Assembly: GCA_964373795.1 (NCBI GenBank)
Contig: CAYJVY010000001.1
Span: forward strand, 71,537 to 103,536
DNA length: 32,000 nt
Direction: 5' to 3'
Source of the DNA: an uncultured archaeon
Lineage (GTDB): Archaea > Iainarchaeota > Iainarchaeia > Iainarchaeales > DATDZZ01
Positions within the stretch are counted from its first letter, which is position 1. Every line of letters starts with the position of its first letter. Position numbers and translations under genes: made by a program. Positions 1-10,045 of this stretch are shown here, in pieces. The notes under the pieces are model-generated. The model was not told the origin of the DNA. It did not search any database and worked only from the letters and a program-made list of their open reading frames with translations.

Positions 1-371
1 TCTTTTACATTTTCTGTGTAGATTGTTGTAATTCCGTGTCTTTTAGCAGTTGCAATTAACAGCGCATCCCATAAATGGATTTTATGTTCATGGAAAAACT
101 TTATTGCATTAATGATGTCTTCATAATTGTCAAAAATTATTCTGCTTGTTAAATTGGGAAGAAATTGTATTTGTTCTAAAACCTTCTTTGAATCAAATTT
201 GTACTTGTTTAGCAAAACATTTGATATTTCTTTTAAGGATTGATTTGCAATAACAAGATTTCTTTTGTTTAAAACAAATTCTTCAACTTTTTGTTCTTTT
301 TCTTTGTTTTCAGTACTAACTAGATAAATCAACAAATTAGAGTCTATTAGTTCGTTCTCTATAGATTTCAT
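1..371 (-). CDS. vapC: PIN-domain toxin (VapC-like); the C-terminal end runs off the window
   Basis: Not in the ORF track because there is no stop inside the window. Hand translation of the minus strand from the ATG at 371 gives MKSIENELIDSNLLIYLVSTENKEKEQKVEEFVLNKRNLVIANQSLKEISNVLLNKYKF...HLWDALLIATAKRHGITTIYTENVKD. The N-terminal IDSN acidic motif and the WDALLIATA segment are PIN-like. The start overlaps the upstream RHH gene by 35 nt, a typical toxin-antitoxin layout. Confidence 0.6.
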   Translation of the reverse strand, partial: MKSIENELIDSNLLIYLVSTENKEKEQKVEEFVLNKRNLVIANQSLKEISNVLLNKYKFDSKKVLEQIQFLPNLTSRIIFDNYEDIINAIKFFHEHKIHLWDALLIATAKRHGITTIYTENVK

Positions 372-609
372 CTCTGTCAAACTTATAACCTATTTTTAAT
401 TTATCGCGATTTTCATTACGAATCCTTTCCAATTCATTCAGCGCTTTATTTCTTTTTTTAATCCATTCAAGCTTTTCAAGTTTGTCATCTATTAGTTCTT
501 GCACTGTTTCTTTTATTGCACCTTTCTTATTTCCATATTGAGACTTTGCTAAGTTGCGTAATTTTTTCTCGTGTTCACTGTCAAGTTTAACTAAAACGCC
601 TGTGTTCAT
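337..609 (-). CDS. Ribbon-helix-helix (CopG/VapB-like) antitoxin
   Basis: 90 aa. The N-terminus GVLVKLDSEHEKKLRNLAKSQYGNKKGAIKETVQELID fits a strand-helix-helix pattern. It lies immediately upstream of, and overlaps, the PIN gene. Confidence 0.55.
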   Translation of the reverse strand: MNTGVLVKLDSEHEKKLRNLAKSQYGNKKGAIKETVQELIDDKLEKLEWIKKRNKALNELERIRNENRDKLKIGYKFDRDEIYRERTNRL

Positions 610-678
610 TAATTAATTGTAAACCAAAAGAATTAAATAGATATCCATCTCAAATAGATAGATATCTAGAATTTTTAT

Positions 679-3600
679 TTATTCTTCTATGTCTTCAATG
701 CCGTTTTCTGTTACTCTGTAAATTGCTTCTCCGTCTGGCAGGGAAGGAGAGTCAACTAGTTTTGCTACTCTTTTATCTTCTTTGGATTTTCTTAAGTAAA
801 GCCTGGTTTTGCTGTTGTGTACAATGAATCCATTAGCTATGTAGTTTTCGTGCATTGGAACACTTAAGTCATATAATGGTTTTGTGTTTTTTTCTTCTTT
901 TACTGATGTGACTTTTTCAAAATCTATTTGTCCTGCCATTATATTCTGCAAGAATGTTTTCTTTTGTTTCTGAATAGAGGTTTTTGTTTCAATTTCTTGA
1001 AGAACTTTGTTGACTTTTTCTAGTTCTTGTGCAGTTATGTATTTGTATTGCTTTGATTTCAAAGCATTTGTAGGATATTTCATTAGCTCTGATAAAAACT
1101 CTTTGAGTTCTCTTCTCTTGATTGGAATTACTTTTTTGCTTTGCGTGTAGTCAAATGTTTTACTCCAGTATTCGAGCTTTTCTTTTTTATCTGTTGCTGT
1201 TAAACTAATTAGTTCTGCATATTTTACCACGTTTTCGCTAAACAACTCTAATGAATAAAATTCTCCTTTGTTGTAATCTATTATTCTTGAAGTTATTCCA
1301 AATCTTAGTAAAAGCAACTGAATTATTTCCAATGTTCTTAAATCTTTTTGTGAAACACTTAATCTGCGTATTTTCTTATCCACGCTTCCTTCTGCATCAA
1401 AGAATCCTTTAATGAATGCCTTTACTACTTGTTTTGGGCTTTTAGATGCAAGCTCTAAACCTGTTTGTTTTAGTTCTTTCATTAGGTTTCTTATTTTTTT
1501 ATTGTTTAATTCTAGTTGATAACAGTTTTTTCCTGAAGCCTTTGACATAGCGCCTTTTCTGCCAAAGACCTTGCCAAGCAAAGCATTGTATTCTTCTAGT
1601 ACTTGTTTTCTAGAGTCTTTGAATTCAATGCTTCTTTTATTAGTGTTTGCATCTCCAATAAAGTAACCAGTCAGTTGTGCCAAATCTTCGCTGAAATCTT
1701 CTGGAACTGTTATTAGTTTGTGTTTGTTTGTCTCAATCTTTTGTACTTCTTTAAGCAATTGTTGGCTTACTCCATTCTGGACAAGCAAATCAACATTTAT
1801 TGCATGCATTGGATATTGTTGGTTTAAGAATCTTCTAAGTTGTCTTGGTGTAACTTCTAAAACCTTGCAAGCCTCTTTTCTTGAAAGTTGCATTTCTTTC
1901 AAGGAATTTTTTATTAATTCCGCGCCTTGCTTGTTAACAACAACTATTTCTTCTGGAACGGTTTTTGAAATTTTTTGAACACTTCCTTCAATGTCTAAGT
2001 ATTTTGCTTTCATTAAATAGTCTCCTTTTCTTATCTTCTTTGCAGTCAATTCTTTTACATTCAATCCATCTAGAACAAAAAACCTGTGGTCTGGAGAGGC
2101 AGTAATTTTGCTTCCTGCATTTATTGCGAAAACTTTGCTTATTTCATTATTAACTGATTTTTGTTCAATAACTGCTCTATCTATTTTCATCTCATTTAAC
2201 CAAGTTGACATTACTTCCAAGCCATTGAGTTTGCCTATTTCTTGTATGCTACCATCTTGACACTGAACTAAAGTATTTGACGCAAGACAAGCATGTCCAA
2301 CTACATTTCCACCAATTGGTTCTGTTGGATCTCCAAATAATACATCTGGTTTGCTCATTACTTGATTTGTTACCAGTACTGCTAAATTATTTAGCTCTGC
2401 AATTTTTTGCAATGTTCGCATATGCTTGTTTAGTTTTTGCTGTCTGTCTGCTAGCATCCCTCTTCCAATGAATTCAGATCTGAATTGAGCTGTAAGAGAA
2501 TCAACTATTAATAGTTTAACATTTTTTTCTTTAATCATGTCTGCTGCTTTTTCAACTAAAAGCATTTGATGATCTGCGTTATAGGCTCTTCCAACAAAAA
2601 TGTTTTTTAAAACCTTTTCAGGATCTAAACCAATGTGTTCTGCTATTGCTTGAACTCTTTCAGGACGAAAAGAATTCTCTGAATCAATATACAAACACGA
2701 ACCTTCTAAACCTCCTTGCTCTTTAGGAAGTTGAACTGTTACAGCTGTTTGAAAACACCATTGAGTGTTATGCATGAATACTGGTTTATTTCCTCCAATA
2801 AAACTGTGTGTTTCAGGAACATTTAAATCATAAACCCAATCATTGTATTCTTTTTTTTCAATTTTTGTTATTTTTTCCCATTGAATTATATTTTCTGAAA
2901 GTATTCGCAAAATATTTATGTCTTTATATAATTCCGAGTCTTTTGTAATTTGGTCAATCATTTCAGTTAATCTATTTGCTATTAATTGTGCTTTTTCTGT
3001 TGGAATATTTCTTGTTATATAATTTTGAAAAGAAGATTTTTTCATTTGAAGATTTTTTCTCACAGTATCTGTTTTAAATGGAAGAATTTTTAAGACTTGA
3101 ATTATGTTTTCTTTGTTTTGCTTTTTAAGTAGTTTTTTTGCTTCAATTAATTCATTTAATCTTAGTTGAAAGAAATTCACCATTTCTTTTAAGGTTTCAA
3201 TTGTAATTCTATTGTTGTATGGCTGTCTTGCAAAAAAGTTTCCAAATAAAGTAATGTTATATTTTTGCATTTCTTTTTTGTTCCATTTATTGAATCTTCT
3301 TCTTGAACCGCTTAGCTTTGCATAAACTCTTTTATAAATTTGGTTAATTTCTTTAATTGGCACTCCATATTTATATGACTTGTTTTTGTTTGAAGAAAGT
3401 TTTACATTTTTTGTTTTAGATTTTGCCATTAATTCATCAATTATTTTTTTGCTTTTTGAATCAGTTATTGATACTTTATAATATGTGTTGCCTTTGTATT
3501 TTCCTTTTTTTAAAATATGTTGTTTTATTGTTGAGGGAACGCCAAGTATTGAAAGCAAGTAAGTTAGTTGTTCTGCCAGAGTTTGCGATTTAGTTGTCAA

Positions 3601-4656
3601 CTCAACTATTTTTCTTAGACAGCCGTCTCCTTCAATATAACCCCTCAAGAATTCTTTTATTGATTCTTTGCTGCTATTCAAGATTTTTTCTGGAATAAAT
3701 TTATTGCCTGCTTTACATTTTCTTAATTCACTTAAAAATTCTTTTGTTGGTTTTTGAAAGATTATTAAGTTTTTAGCTTTAGTAAACCTTGGTTTGTAGT
3801 TAAATCTCTTTTCAATATAGCTTATTAACCATTTTTGAATTGTTTCATCAAAAATTGTTATACTACAAGGATTTGCACAACCTTCTGCTACAAACAACCC
3901 CAAAAAATAAGCATCTTCCTCAGTAACTTCGTTGACTGAGTGATTTAAATCAATTTTTGTAGGTGCACCAATAAAATCTCCTTCTTTTAATAAACCAGTT
4001 GACTTCCATTGAATTCCGTCTTCATTTAATGAAAGCAAAGGATGCTGTTCCGTTAACTCAATTATTCCCCCTCGTTCTGTTTCAATTTTTACAATTTCTT
4101 TAGCAAATTCTTTGTATAGTTTTGAAACTTCTTTTTTTAGTTCTTTACCATTTTTATCTATTCCTATTACTTTAATTGGTTTTTTCAAATCTGCAACAAA
4201 ACCTGAATCAAACTCTTGTTCATTTAAAGCATAATTTTTATAAATTTCTTCAATAGAAGTTAAGTGAACCATGTTTGGATTAAAGTATAAGATTTGAGTA
4301 TTTTTTGCAACACATTTACTCGACGCAAATTTTCCATAAATCTCTGTAATGCTTTGAGATTCAATTCCACCGCCAATTAATTTGTCTACTTCTTTTGAAC
4401 CAGTAGTAATTCTTCCAATTGTTTTTCTTTTCTCTGCAAGCTCTAAAGCAGTATCAAAACCCATTTCCAAAGCATCTCTTGCTGCCTTAATTGCTTTATC
4501 TGCTGTGCCTTCCCCTAAAGAAGCTGCTTCCATTAACTCCATTGGAGAAGCAGTTGCGATTGATTCAAGAGATTTATATCCAGCAGAAAAAAGTTTTTCC
4601 AATGCTTGCGGGCCAATGCCTGGCAAGTCAGCTACTTCTTGAATTTTTTTAGCCAT
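679..4656 (-). CDS. radA: RadA recombinase precursor carrying two inteins (mature extein about 317 aa)
   Basis: N-terminal HhH domain ([25 protein letters not shown]). Split Walker A: YGKFASSK | intein | TQWCFQ. Walker B is [17 protein letters not shown]-terminal core: GGNVVGHA | intein | [16 protein letters not shown] lies 8 nt upstream of the ATG. Confidence 0.9.
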   Translation of the reverse strand: MAKKIQEVADLPGIGPQALEKLFSAGYKSLESIATASPMELMEAASLGEGTADKAIKAARDALEMGFDTALELAEKRKTIGRITTGSKEVDKLIGGGIESQSITEIYGKFASSKCVAKNTQILYFNPNMVHLTSIEEIYKNYALNEQEFDSGFVADLKKPIKVIGIDKNGKELKKEVSKLYKEFAKEIVKIETERGGIIELTEQHPLLSLNEDGIQWKSTGLLKEGDFIGAPTKIDLNHSVNEVTEEDAYFLGLFVAEGCANPCSITIFDETIQKWLISYIEKRFNYKPRFTKAKNLIIFQKPTKEFLSELRKCKAGNKFIPEKILNSSKESIKEFLRGYIEGDGCLRKIVELTTKSQTLAEQLTYLLSILGVPSTIKQHILKKGKYKGNTYYKVSITDSKSKKIIDELMAKSKTKNVKLSSNKNKSYKYGVPIKEINQIYKRVYAKLSGSRRRFNKWNKKEMQKYNITLFGNFFARQPYNNRITIETLKEMVNFFQLRLNELIEAKKLLKKQNKENIIQVLKILPFKTDTVRKNLQMKKSSFQNYITRNIPTEKAQLIANRLTEMIDQITKDSELYKDINILRILSENIIQWEKITKIEKKEYNDWVYDLNVPETHSFIGGNKPVFMHNTQWCFQTAVTVQLPKEQGGLEGSCLYIDSENSFRPERVQAIAEHIGLDPEKVLKNIFVGRAYNADHQMLLVEKAADMIKEKNVKLLIVDSLTAQFRSEFIGRGMLADRQQKLNKHMRTLQKIAELNNLAVLVTNQVMSKPDVLFGDPTEPIGGNVVGHACLASNTLVQCQDGSIQEIGKLNGLEVMSTWLNEMKIDRAVIEQKSVNNEISKVFAINAGSKITASPDHRFFVLDGLNVKELTAKKIRKGDYLMKAKYLDIEGSVQKISKTVPEEIVVVNKQGAELIKNSLKEMQLSRKEACKVLEVTPRQLRRFLNQQYPMHAINVDLLVQNGVSQQLLKEVQKIETNKHKLITVPEDFSEDLAQLTGYFIGDANTNKRSIEFKDSRKQVLEEYNALLGKVFGRKGAMSKASGKNCYQLELNNKKIRNLMKELKQTGLELASKSPKQVVKAFIKGFFDAEGSVDKKIRRLSVSQKDLRTLEIIQLLLLRFGITSRIIDYNKGEFYSLELFSENVVKYAELISLTATDKKEKLEYWSKTFDYTQSKKVIPIKRRELKEFLSELMKYPTNALKSKQYKYITAQELEKVNKVLQEIETKTSIQKQKKTFLQNIMAGQIDFEKVTSVKEEKNTKPLYDLSVPMHENYIANGFIVHNSKTRLYLRKSKEDKRVAKLVDSPSLPDGEAIYRVTENGIEDIEE
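814..2289 (-). mobile_element. Intein 2 (492 aa, LAGLIDADG type) inserted after GGNVVGHA in RadA
   Basis: aa 790-1281. Starts with Cys (TGT at 2287-2289; [13 protein letters not shown]). Block B is [20 protein letters not shown] motifs [11 protein letters not shown] and [12 protein letters not shown]. Ends [21 protein letters not shown] (AAC at 814-816), followed by +1 Ser. Confidence 0.85.
2767..4314 (-). mobile_element. Intein 1 (516 aa, LAGLIDADG homing-endonuclease type) inserted in the RadA P-loop
   Basis: aa 115-630. Starts with Cys (TGT at 4312-4314; [11 protein letters not shown]). Block B is LTEQHPLL. Two LAGLIDADG motifs ([22 protein letters not shown]). Ends ...[23 protein letters not shown] (AAC at 2767-2769), followed by +1 Thr. 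Confidence 0.85.
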
Positions 4657-4804
4657 TTAAATTCCTCCATCAAATTAAGTGTTTTGATTCATGGCTTTGG
4701 CTTTAACCAAGAACCTTAGACTTATTTGTTAAGAAAAATATTGTTTGAGAATATTTAAAGCAATATCTAAGCAAATTTCCGGTGAAAATTATATCAAAAA
4801 GGAA

Positions 4805-6196
4805 TTAAATGAATTTTTTTTCAACTTCTACTTCAGTTGAATTAGGCAAATCAGAGGAAGGCTCATTTGAAGAAGTTTGAGTTAACTCTGTTGAAATAAT
4901 TTCTCTTATAATGAAATCTAATTCTTCTGTTAAATTGTTTTTCTTTACATTTCCTGAAATAGTTATTTGCCGACCAATTAAATTATCTTTCAAGTCATTA
5001 ATTATTTCCTCGGCATCTTTTAATTTTAATTCTTTTAATAAATCTTCTTTTGTCACGCCTAAAAGTTTTTCAGTTAAATCGCCAAAAGCAATGCATTTAA
5101 TTACTCCTGAGCCATCATCTAATTCAATTGCAGAAACAAGTCTTTGTTCAGGAGAAATGCTTCCACATTTCTCGCAAGAAAAAACTCCATCTTCTTCTAA
5201 AACTTTGCCTTTACATTGAGGGCAAACATTGAATAAAAGTTTTGACTTGTTTAAAGAAATAATTGTTCCTGTTAATTCTTTGAATAAATCTCCTTCACTT
5301 AACTTGTTTACTTGAGTTTTCTCTACTTCTTTTTTTACAGAAGATTCAAAGAATTTCAATTCAGGAATTTCAAAATCAATTATTGGTTCAAGTAAAATCC
5401 TTGAACTCCAACCAAGATTTAAGTCAACCGAATTATTTAATCCTTGCTTTGTATAAGCTCCTTCAATTTTAATTATTTGCCCAGGCTTTAAAGATTCAAT
5501 TACCAAAACCAAGTCATGCCAAGCAGTTGCTCTAACTTTTGAGGTTTCGTCTCCTAATTCAAAATTTAATAAAAATGAATCTCCTTTTTCATTTGAAAAA
5601 TTCTTTCTAGGATAAATTCGTAAAACTCGTGCAATTACGTCAACTGAATTAAGGCCTTGCTGTAAGTCCTTAAGTTTCATTATTGGTTCGCGAGAATTTT
5701 TTTGAACAACTATTTTTCCATTATAACCTAGATTTAGTTGAGGTTTTTCATTATATGAGGTTACATAACAATTTTTTAACAAAATAATTGCGCCTTTTTC
5801 AAGTTTTGCGTCCTGCAATACTTTCACGTCTTTATGCCATAAAGTAAGCCTTGTTTCCCCAGTTAAATCTGAAATAATTAAATTGCATAAAGTTCCTTTC
5901 TTGCCTTCTTTTTCAAAAGACTTTGGAGAAAAAACTTGTTTTACTTTCACTTCCAAATCAATGTTATTCATTCCATCTTGCAATTGATTTATTTTAAGTT
6001 TCTCAGACAAATTTTTATCTAAAGATAGTTCAATATTTAAGTCTCTGGCAACCATTAAAGCAGCACCAGAATCAGTTAACAAACCTGAAAATTTATTTTT
6101 TTTCTCCAAAACAAGTTTTTCAACTTCTTCAACTGTTTTCCCTGAAACAGAAGTAATCTTTTGAACAATGCTTTCCTTTGAATCCAATGAAACCAT
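4805..6196 (-). CDS. rpa: Replication protein A / ssDNA-binding protein (OB folds plus zinc ribbon)
   Basis: 463 aa. Archaeal RPA-type N-terminal domain (KITSVSGKTVEEVEKLVLEKKNKFSGLLTDSGAALMVARDLNIEL). Repeated OB-fold pattern (IDLEVKVKQVF...GTLCNLIISDLTGETRLTLW; VDVIARVLRIYP...LLNFELGDETSKVRATAW). C4 zinc ribbon CPQCKGK...CEKCG. Confidence 0.8.
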   Translation of the reverse strand: MVSLDSKESIVQKITSVSGKTVEEVEKLVLEKKNKFSGLLTDSGAALMVARDLNIELSLDKNLSEKLKINQLQDGMNNIDLEVKVKQVFSPKSFEKEGKKGTLCNLIISDLTGETRLTLWHKDVKVLQDAKLEKGAIILLKNCYVTSYNEKPQLNLGYNGKIVVQKNSREPIMKLKDLQQGLNSVDVIARVLRIYPRKNFSNEKGDSFLLNFELGDETSKVRATAWHDLVLVIESLKPGQIIKIEGAYTKQGLNNSVDLNLGWSSRILLEPIIDFEIPELKFFESSVKKEVEKTQVNKLSEGDLFKELTGTIISLNKSKLLFNVCPQCKGKVLEEDGVFSCEKCGSISPEQRLVSAIELDDGSGVIKCIAFGDLTEKLLGVTKEDLLKELKLKDAEEIINDLKDNLIGRQITISGNVKKNNLTEELDFIIREIISTELTQTSSNEPSSDLPNSTEVEVEKKFI

Positions 6197-6253
6197 GTAA
6201 TAATTTTATTCAGAAACATTTTAATTTTAATGCAAAGAAAAACAAAAACTAGT

Positions 6254-6760
6254 TTAATCAATTTTACATGAATTGCAGGAAACGGAAATTCTTTTAGAAG
6301 CAAAATACAATCCAATCAAAATAATTGCAATACTTAAAGCAATTAATTCAAATCTTTTTTCAAGCAATAAACCAATAGTTGTTGCTCCTAAAAATGAAAG
6401 AAAAACATTAATGCATGCAGCACAAGAAGCTGAAGCAAACACTCCTCCAATAACTCCTGAAATAATTCCTGGAACTCCTGAAACAGTACTATTTATTCCT
6501 GGATTTTTTAACCTGAAAAAAATAAATCCTTGCATTACTAAAAGCAGTCCGCTAAGAACTGATAAAAAAAACATTAAAGCAAGCAAGTAAGAAGGAGTAA
6601 TAGCTATTTGAAAAAACAAATCATTTCCTGGAACAGATATTACAGGAATATATAAGTAAATGAAAAAGAAAATTAAAGAAATTAAAATCCAGGAAAAAAA
6701 ATAGTGTGGAAGTTTTACGACTTCAAAAAAAGCTGATTTAAAAAAATTTAATGCAAGCAT
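6254..6760 (-). CDS. Uncharacterised polytopic membrane protein with two CxxC motifs (candidate thiol-disulfide oxidoreductase partner)
   Basis: 168 aa with 4-5 hydrophobic spans. CAAC at aa 113-116 lies between two glycine-rich hydrophobic segments. CNSC at aa 162-165 lies in the C-terminal tail. The gene sits directly downstream, on the same strand, of a membrane-anchored DsbA-like gene. Confidence 0.5.
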   Translation of the reverse strand: MLALNFFKSAFFEVVKLPHYFFSWILISLIFFFIYLYIPVISVPGNDLFFQIAITPSYLLALMFFLSVLSGLLLVMQGFIFFRLKNPGINSTVSGVPGIISGVIGGVFASASCAACINVFLSFLGATTIGLLLEKRFELIALSIAIILIGLYFASKRISVSCNSCKID

Positions 6761-6796
6761 TTAAATCAAAACTAAAAATGAATAAAAGGCAGAAAA

Positions 6797-7690
6797 CTAT
6801 TCTGCCAAGACATCAAGTGTTTGCTTGAAAGTACTAAAATCTTGGGCTCCAACAAGCAATACAGCTATTTTGCTTTGCTCTTTGTCTTTTACAACAACAA
6901 AAAATTCATCTCTCAATCCTTTTGCCATTAACTTGCTTTTCAAAGCAAATAATTTTGAATCTTTTCCCTGAGTGTCTTTACCAATTAAGTAAAAAGAAGG
7001 TGTTCCATTTACTCCAAATTGATCTCCAACAACTGTATCTTCTTCAACATTTGAAGCAAATTTTCCTGAATCAAGGCATTCATTAAGTTTAGTTGAATCC
7101 ATTCCTGAAATCTTTGCAGCTGCTTGCTTTAAGTCATCTACGCTGAATCTAACTGTTCCAGCTCCTTTAGGGTTTTGCATTTCAAAAATTGCGTCATGCA
7201 TTTCCCAATACTTTCCTTGCTCTCCAGCACATCTAGCTGCTTCAGATCCTTTAGGAGCATCCACATGCCCTAATTGAATCAATGGAAAATCTCTGAAATA
7301 AGCTTTTGCTTTACCACTTGCAACAAATTCTTTTTCTAGTTGAGGATAAACATCATTAAAATGCCTTCTACAAAAAGGGCATTGATAATCTGAAAACTCA
7401 ACTATTTCAAGAGTTGCAGTATTACTTCCTTTCACTGCAGCATATTTTTCAGTTAAAGGCTTTAAACTTAATTCAACTGCTTGATTTGAAGGTGGTGTTT
7501 GAGGTTGAACTTGAGCGCCTCCTTGAGGAGTAGTTCCACTAGGAGTTGAAGGAGTATTTGCTTTAAGAGTAGTTAAACCAGTCAAACCAGTACTAATATT
7601 ATTTCCAACATACAAAATAGTTACTGATAAAATTAAAGTAGCTATAACAATGCTAAAAGGCAATGCATATTTTTCTAAAACATCTGACAT
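6797..7690 (-). CDS. Membrane-anchored DsbA-family thioredoxin-fold protein (CPFC)
   Basis: 297 aa. N-terminal TM anchor (ALPFSIVIATLILSVTILYVG), a P/T/Q-rich linker, then IVEFSDYQCPFCRRHF, plus GVNGTPSFYL (cis-Pro loop), as in DsbA/Thioredoxin_4 proteins. Confidence 0.75.
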   Translation of the reverse strand: MSDVLEKYALPFSIVIATLILSVTILYVGNNISTGLTGLTTLKANTPSTPSGTTPQGGAQVQPQTPPSNQAVELSLKPLTEKYAAVKGSNTATLEIVEFSDYQCPFCRRHFNDVYPQLEKEFVASGKAKAYFRDFPLIQLGHVDAPKGSEAARCAGEQGKYWEMHDAIFEMQNPKGAGTVRFSVDDLKQAAAKISGMDSTKLNECLDSGKFASNVEEDTVVGDQFGVNGTPSFYLIGKDTQGKDSKLFALKSKLMAKGLRDEFFVVVKDKEQSKIAVLLVGAQDFSTFKQTLDVLAE

Positions 7691-7965
7691 TCAAAAACCC
7701 TCTCAAAAAACGCAATATTTTACTATAAAAAGCTAAAAAAATCTCAAAAAAAACCCTTTTTTATACTTAATTAGGATCATTTAAGTATTTAAAGGTACTG
7801 GAATGCAAAGCCTGCTATGTTGTCCTGAATTAATTTCCTCTCTACGTTTTGGTTTGTTGAACTCTTTTAATAAGAAGGCCTATGCAGCAAATCAATCCTT
7901 CAAACAAAAACTTTAAATAGTATCTCAACTATTAGTTATGTTATATAAATTTTAGCAGGGATCAA

Positions 7966-9171
7966 ATGTATATAAATAGATTTTTAGAAAAGGATTTAGA
8001 GACATGTTTAAATAGGAGAGAAATTATTGGGATAATTGGACCAAGACAGAGCGGGAAAACCACTTTATTGGAACATTTTTTTGAACGTTTGGAGAATGCC
8101 TATTTTTTGAATTTTGAAGACAGAGAAACACTAGAATTATTTAATGAAGACATTAAATCTTTTGCAGAGCTCTATGTTAAGCCTTACAAGTATTTGTTTA
8201 TTGATGAATTTCAATATGCTAAAGAAGGTGGAAAAAACCTAAAATATATTTATGATACTTATAAAACTAAAATTTTTATTTCAGGATCTTCTGCAACTGG
8301 TTTGTCAATTCATGGAATAAAATATTTGGTTGGCAGAATTTTTGTTTTTAATCTTTATCCTTTTTCTTTTAATGAATTTCTTTCATATAAAGAGCCAACA
8401 TTTTACAAAAATATTTATCTAAAAAACAAATTTACAAAACCTATAATTGATAAAATTCTCCCATATTTTAATGAATTTTGCATATATGGAGGGTATCCTA
8501 ACGTTGTTTTATCGCAAAACGATAAAGAAAAGGAAATTGTTTTGCGCAATATTTACAATACCTATTTTCTTAAAGAAATAAAAGAGATTCTTAATATTCG
8601 TGAAGATTATAAATTAAGTAAACTTATTCATGCAGTTTCGTTAAATTTGGGAGGTTTAACTAATTATAATGAATTATCAAATGTGGCTGGTTTTAAGTAT
8701 AAAGAATTGATTGACAATTTAAATATCTTGGAAAAAACTTTTATATCCTTAAAAAGTCAACCTTTTTATATGAATAAAAGAACTGAATTGGTCAAAGTAC
8801 CAAAAATATTTTTCCTAGATAATGGTTTTAGAAATACTGTTATAAAAAATTTTCAACCACTGAAAAACAGGCAAGATAAAGGAGCCTTATATGAAAATTT
8901 TGTTGCTTCAGAGCTTGCAAAAAAGCAAAATGAAATAAAGTTTTGGAGAAGCAAGTCTAAAGCCGAAGTCGATTTTATTCTAGAAAAAAATGGAAAAATT
9001 GTTCCAATTGAGATTAAATCAAATCTTGCAAAACCTGTATTCAGTAAATCTTATGTAAGTTTTCTTGAAAAATATAAACCAAAAAAAGGCTTCATTTTAT
9101 CAGAAAATCTTGTAGCAGAAAAAAAGAAAATAAAATTCAGGCCAATATTTTCAATTGGACAATTAGTTTAG
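7966..9171 (+). CDS. AAA-type ATPase of the AAA_14/DUF4143 kind
   Basis: 401 aa. Walker A is GPRQSGKTT and Walker B is YLFIDEFQY. The C-terminal part resembles the DUF4143 nuclease-like tail (EVDFILEKNGKIVPIEIK). It is the only plus-strand gene between 337 and 12120. Confidence 0.65.
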   Translation: MYINRFLEKDLETCLNRREIIGIIGPRQSGKTTLLEHFFERLENAYFLNFEDRETLELFNEDIKSFAELYVKPYKYLFIDEFQYAKEGGKNLKYIYDTYKTKIFISGSSATGLSIHGIKYLVGRIFVFNLYPFSFNEFLSYKEPTFYKNIYLKNKFTKPIIDKILPYFNEFCIYGGYPNVVLSQNDKEKEIVLRNIYNTYFLKEIKEILNIREDYKLSKLIHAVSLNLGGLTNYNELSNVAGFKYKELIDNLNILEKTFISLKSQPFYMNKRTELVKVPKIFFLDNGFRNTVIKNFQPLKNRQDKGALYENFVASELAKKQNEIKFWRSKSKAEVDFILEKNGKIVPIEIKSNLAKPVFSKSYVSFLEKYKPKKGFILSENLVAEKKKIKFRPIFSIGQLV

Positions 9172-9346
9172 TTTTCCGGTGAACTCGCTCCCATTATTTT
9201 TATGCTGAAAAGAACATCAACTATTTGAAAAACGTCCCTAGGGAAAATTCATATTGATAAAGTAGGTTAAATAATTTACCGGCAAAGACAAATTTTAGAA
9301 GGATTGTTAAAAGAATTCTAAAATCAAACGCTTAGGAATAATGAAA

Positions 9347-10027
9347 TTAGTTAGTGGAATTAACTGCTGCTTCAACCTCTGATCTTAGAGTTCCATAACT
9401 TGAAATTTTTTTTCCATTAACAAAGAAAGTAGGCGTAGAAGTTACATTAAGTTTTGAAACTAAAGTTAAATCTTCTTGGATAACGTTTTGAGTAGAAAAA
9501 TTTTCAATACAAGAATTAAAGGTTCCAGAATTCAAGTTAAGTGATTGCGCATATTCCTTTAATTTTTTTTCAACTTCTTTACCTTGAAGGGAATCCCATT
9601 CCCCAACCTTTCTTTGAGACTCAAATAATTTGTCGTGATATTCCCAAAACTTTCCTTGATTTCCAGCACATTCAGAGGCAATTGCTGCAATAAAAGCATT
9701 TTCATGAATAGAGGTTAAAGGCAAATGCCTGTATTCAAAAACAATTTTATCCTTGAATTCTTGAAAAACCTGTTTAGTTATTGGATAAGCTGCTCCACAA
9801 GCAGGACATTGAAAGTCTGAAAACTCTACAACTCTTACTTTAGCATCTGGATTGCCTTTAAAATTTTTTGAAGCAGGAATTTCAATGTTTTTTGAATCAA
9901 CATTAAAAAAGAATAAAGCAATTGAAGCAATAACTAAAACAAAAAGCAATGCAATTACTATATAAATAAATTTATCAGTTGATTCTTTTTTTTCAACTCT
10001 AAATTTTTCAAAAGATTTTTTACTCAA
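9347..10027 (-). CDS. Membrane-anchored DsbA-family thioredoxin-fold protein (CPAC), paralogue of 6797-7690
   Basis: 226 aa. TM anchor FIYIVIALLFVLVIASIALFFF, then VVEFSDFQCPACGAAYP, and VTSTPTFFVNG (cis-Pro loop). Confidence 0.75.
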   Translation of the reverse strand: MSKKSFEKFRVEKKESTDKFIYIVIALLFVLVIASIALFFFNVDSKNIEIPASKNFKGNPDAKVRVVEFSDFQCPACGAAYPITKQVFQEFKDKIVFEYRHLPLTSIHENAFIAAIASECAGNQGKFWEYHDKLFESQRKVGEWDSLQGKEVEKKLKEYAQSLNLNSGTFNSCIENFSTQNVIQEDLTLVSKLNVTSTPTFFVNGKKISSYGTLRSEVEAAVNSTN

Positions 10028-10045
10028 AAATATTACAACTCCAAG

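Noticed and set aside
6076-6315. 79-aa ORF spanning the RPA start and the end of the membrane-protein gene
   Set aside because: It overlaps two better-supported genes on the same strand in different frames, and it has no motif.
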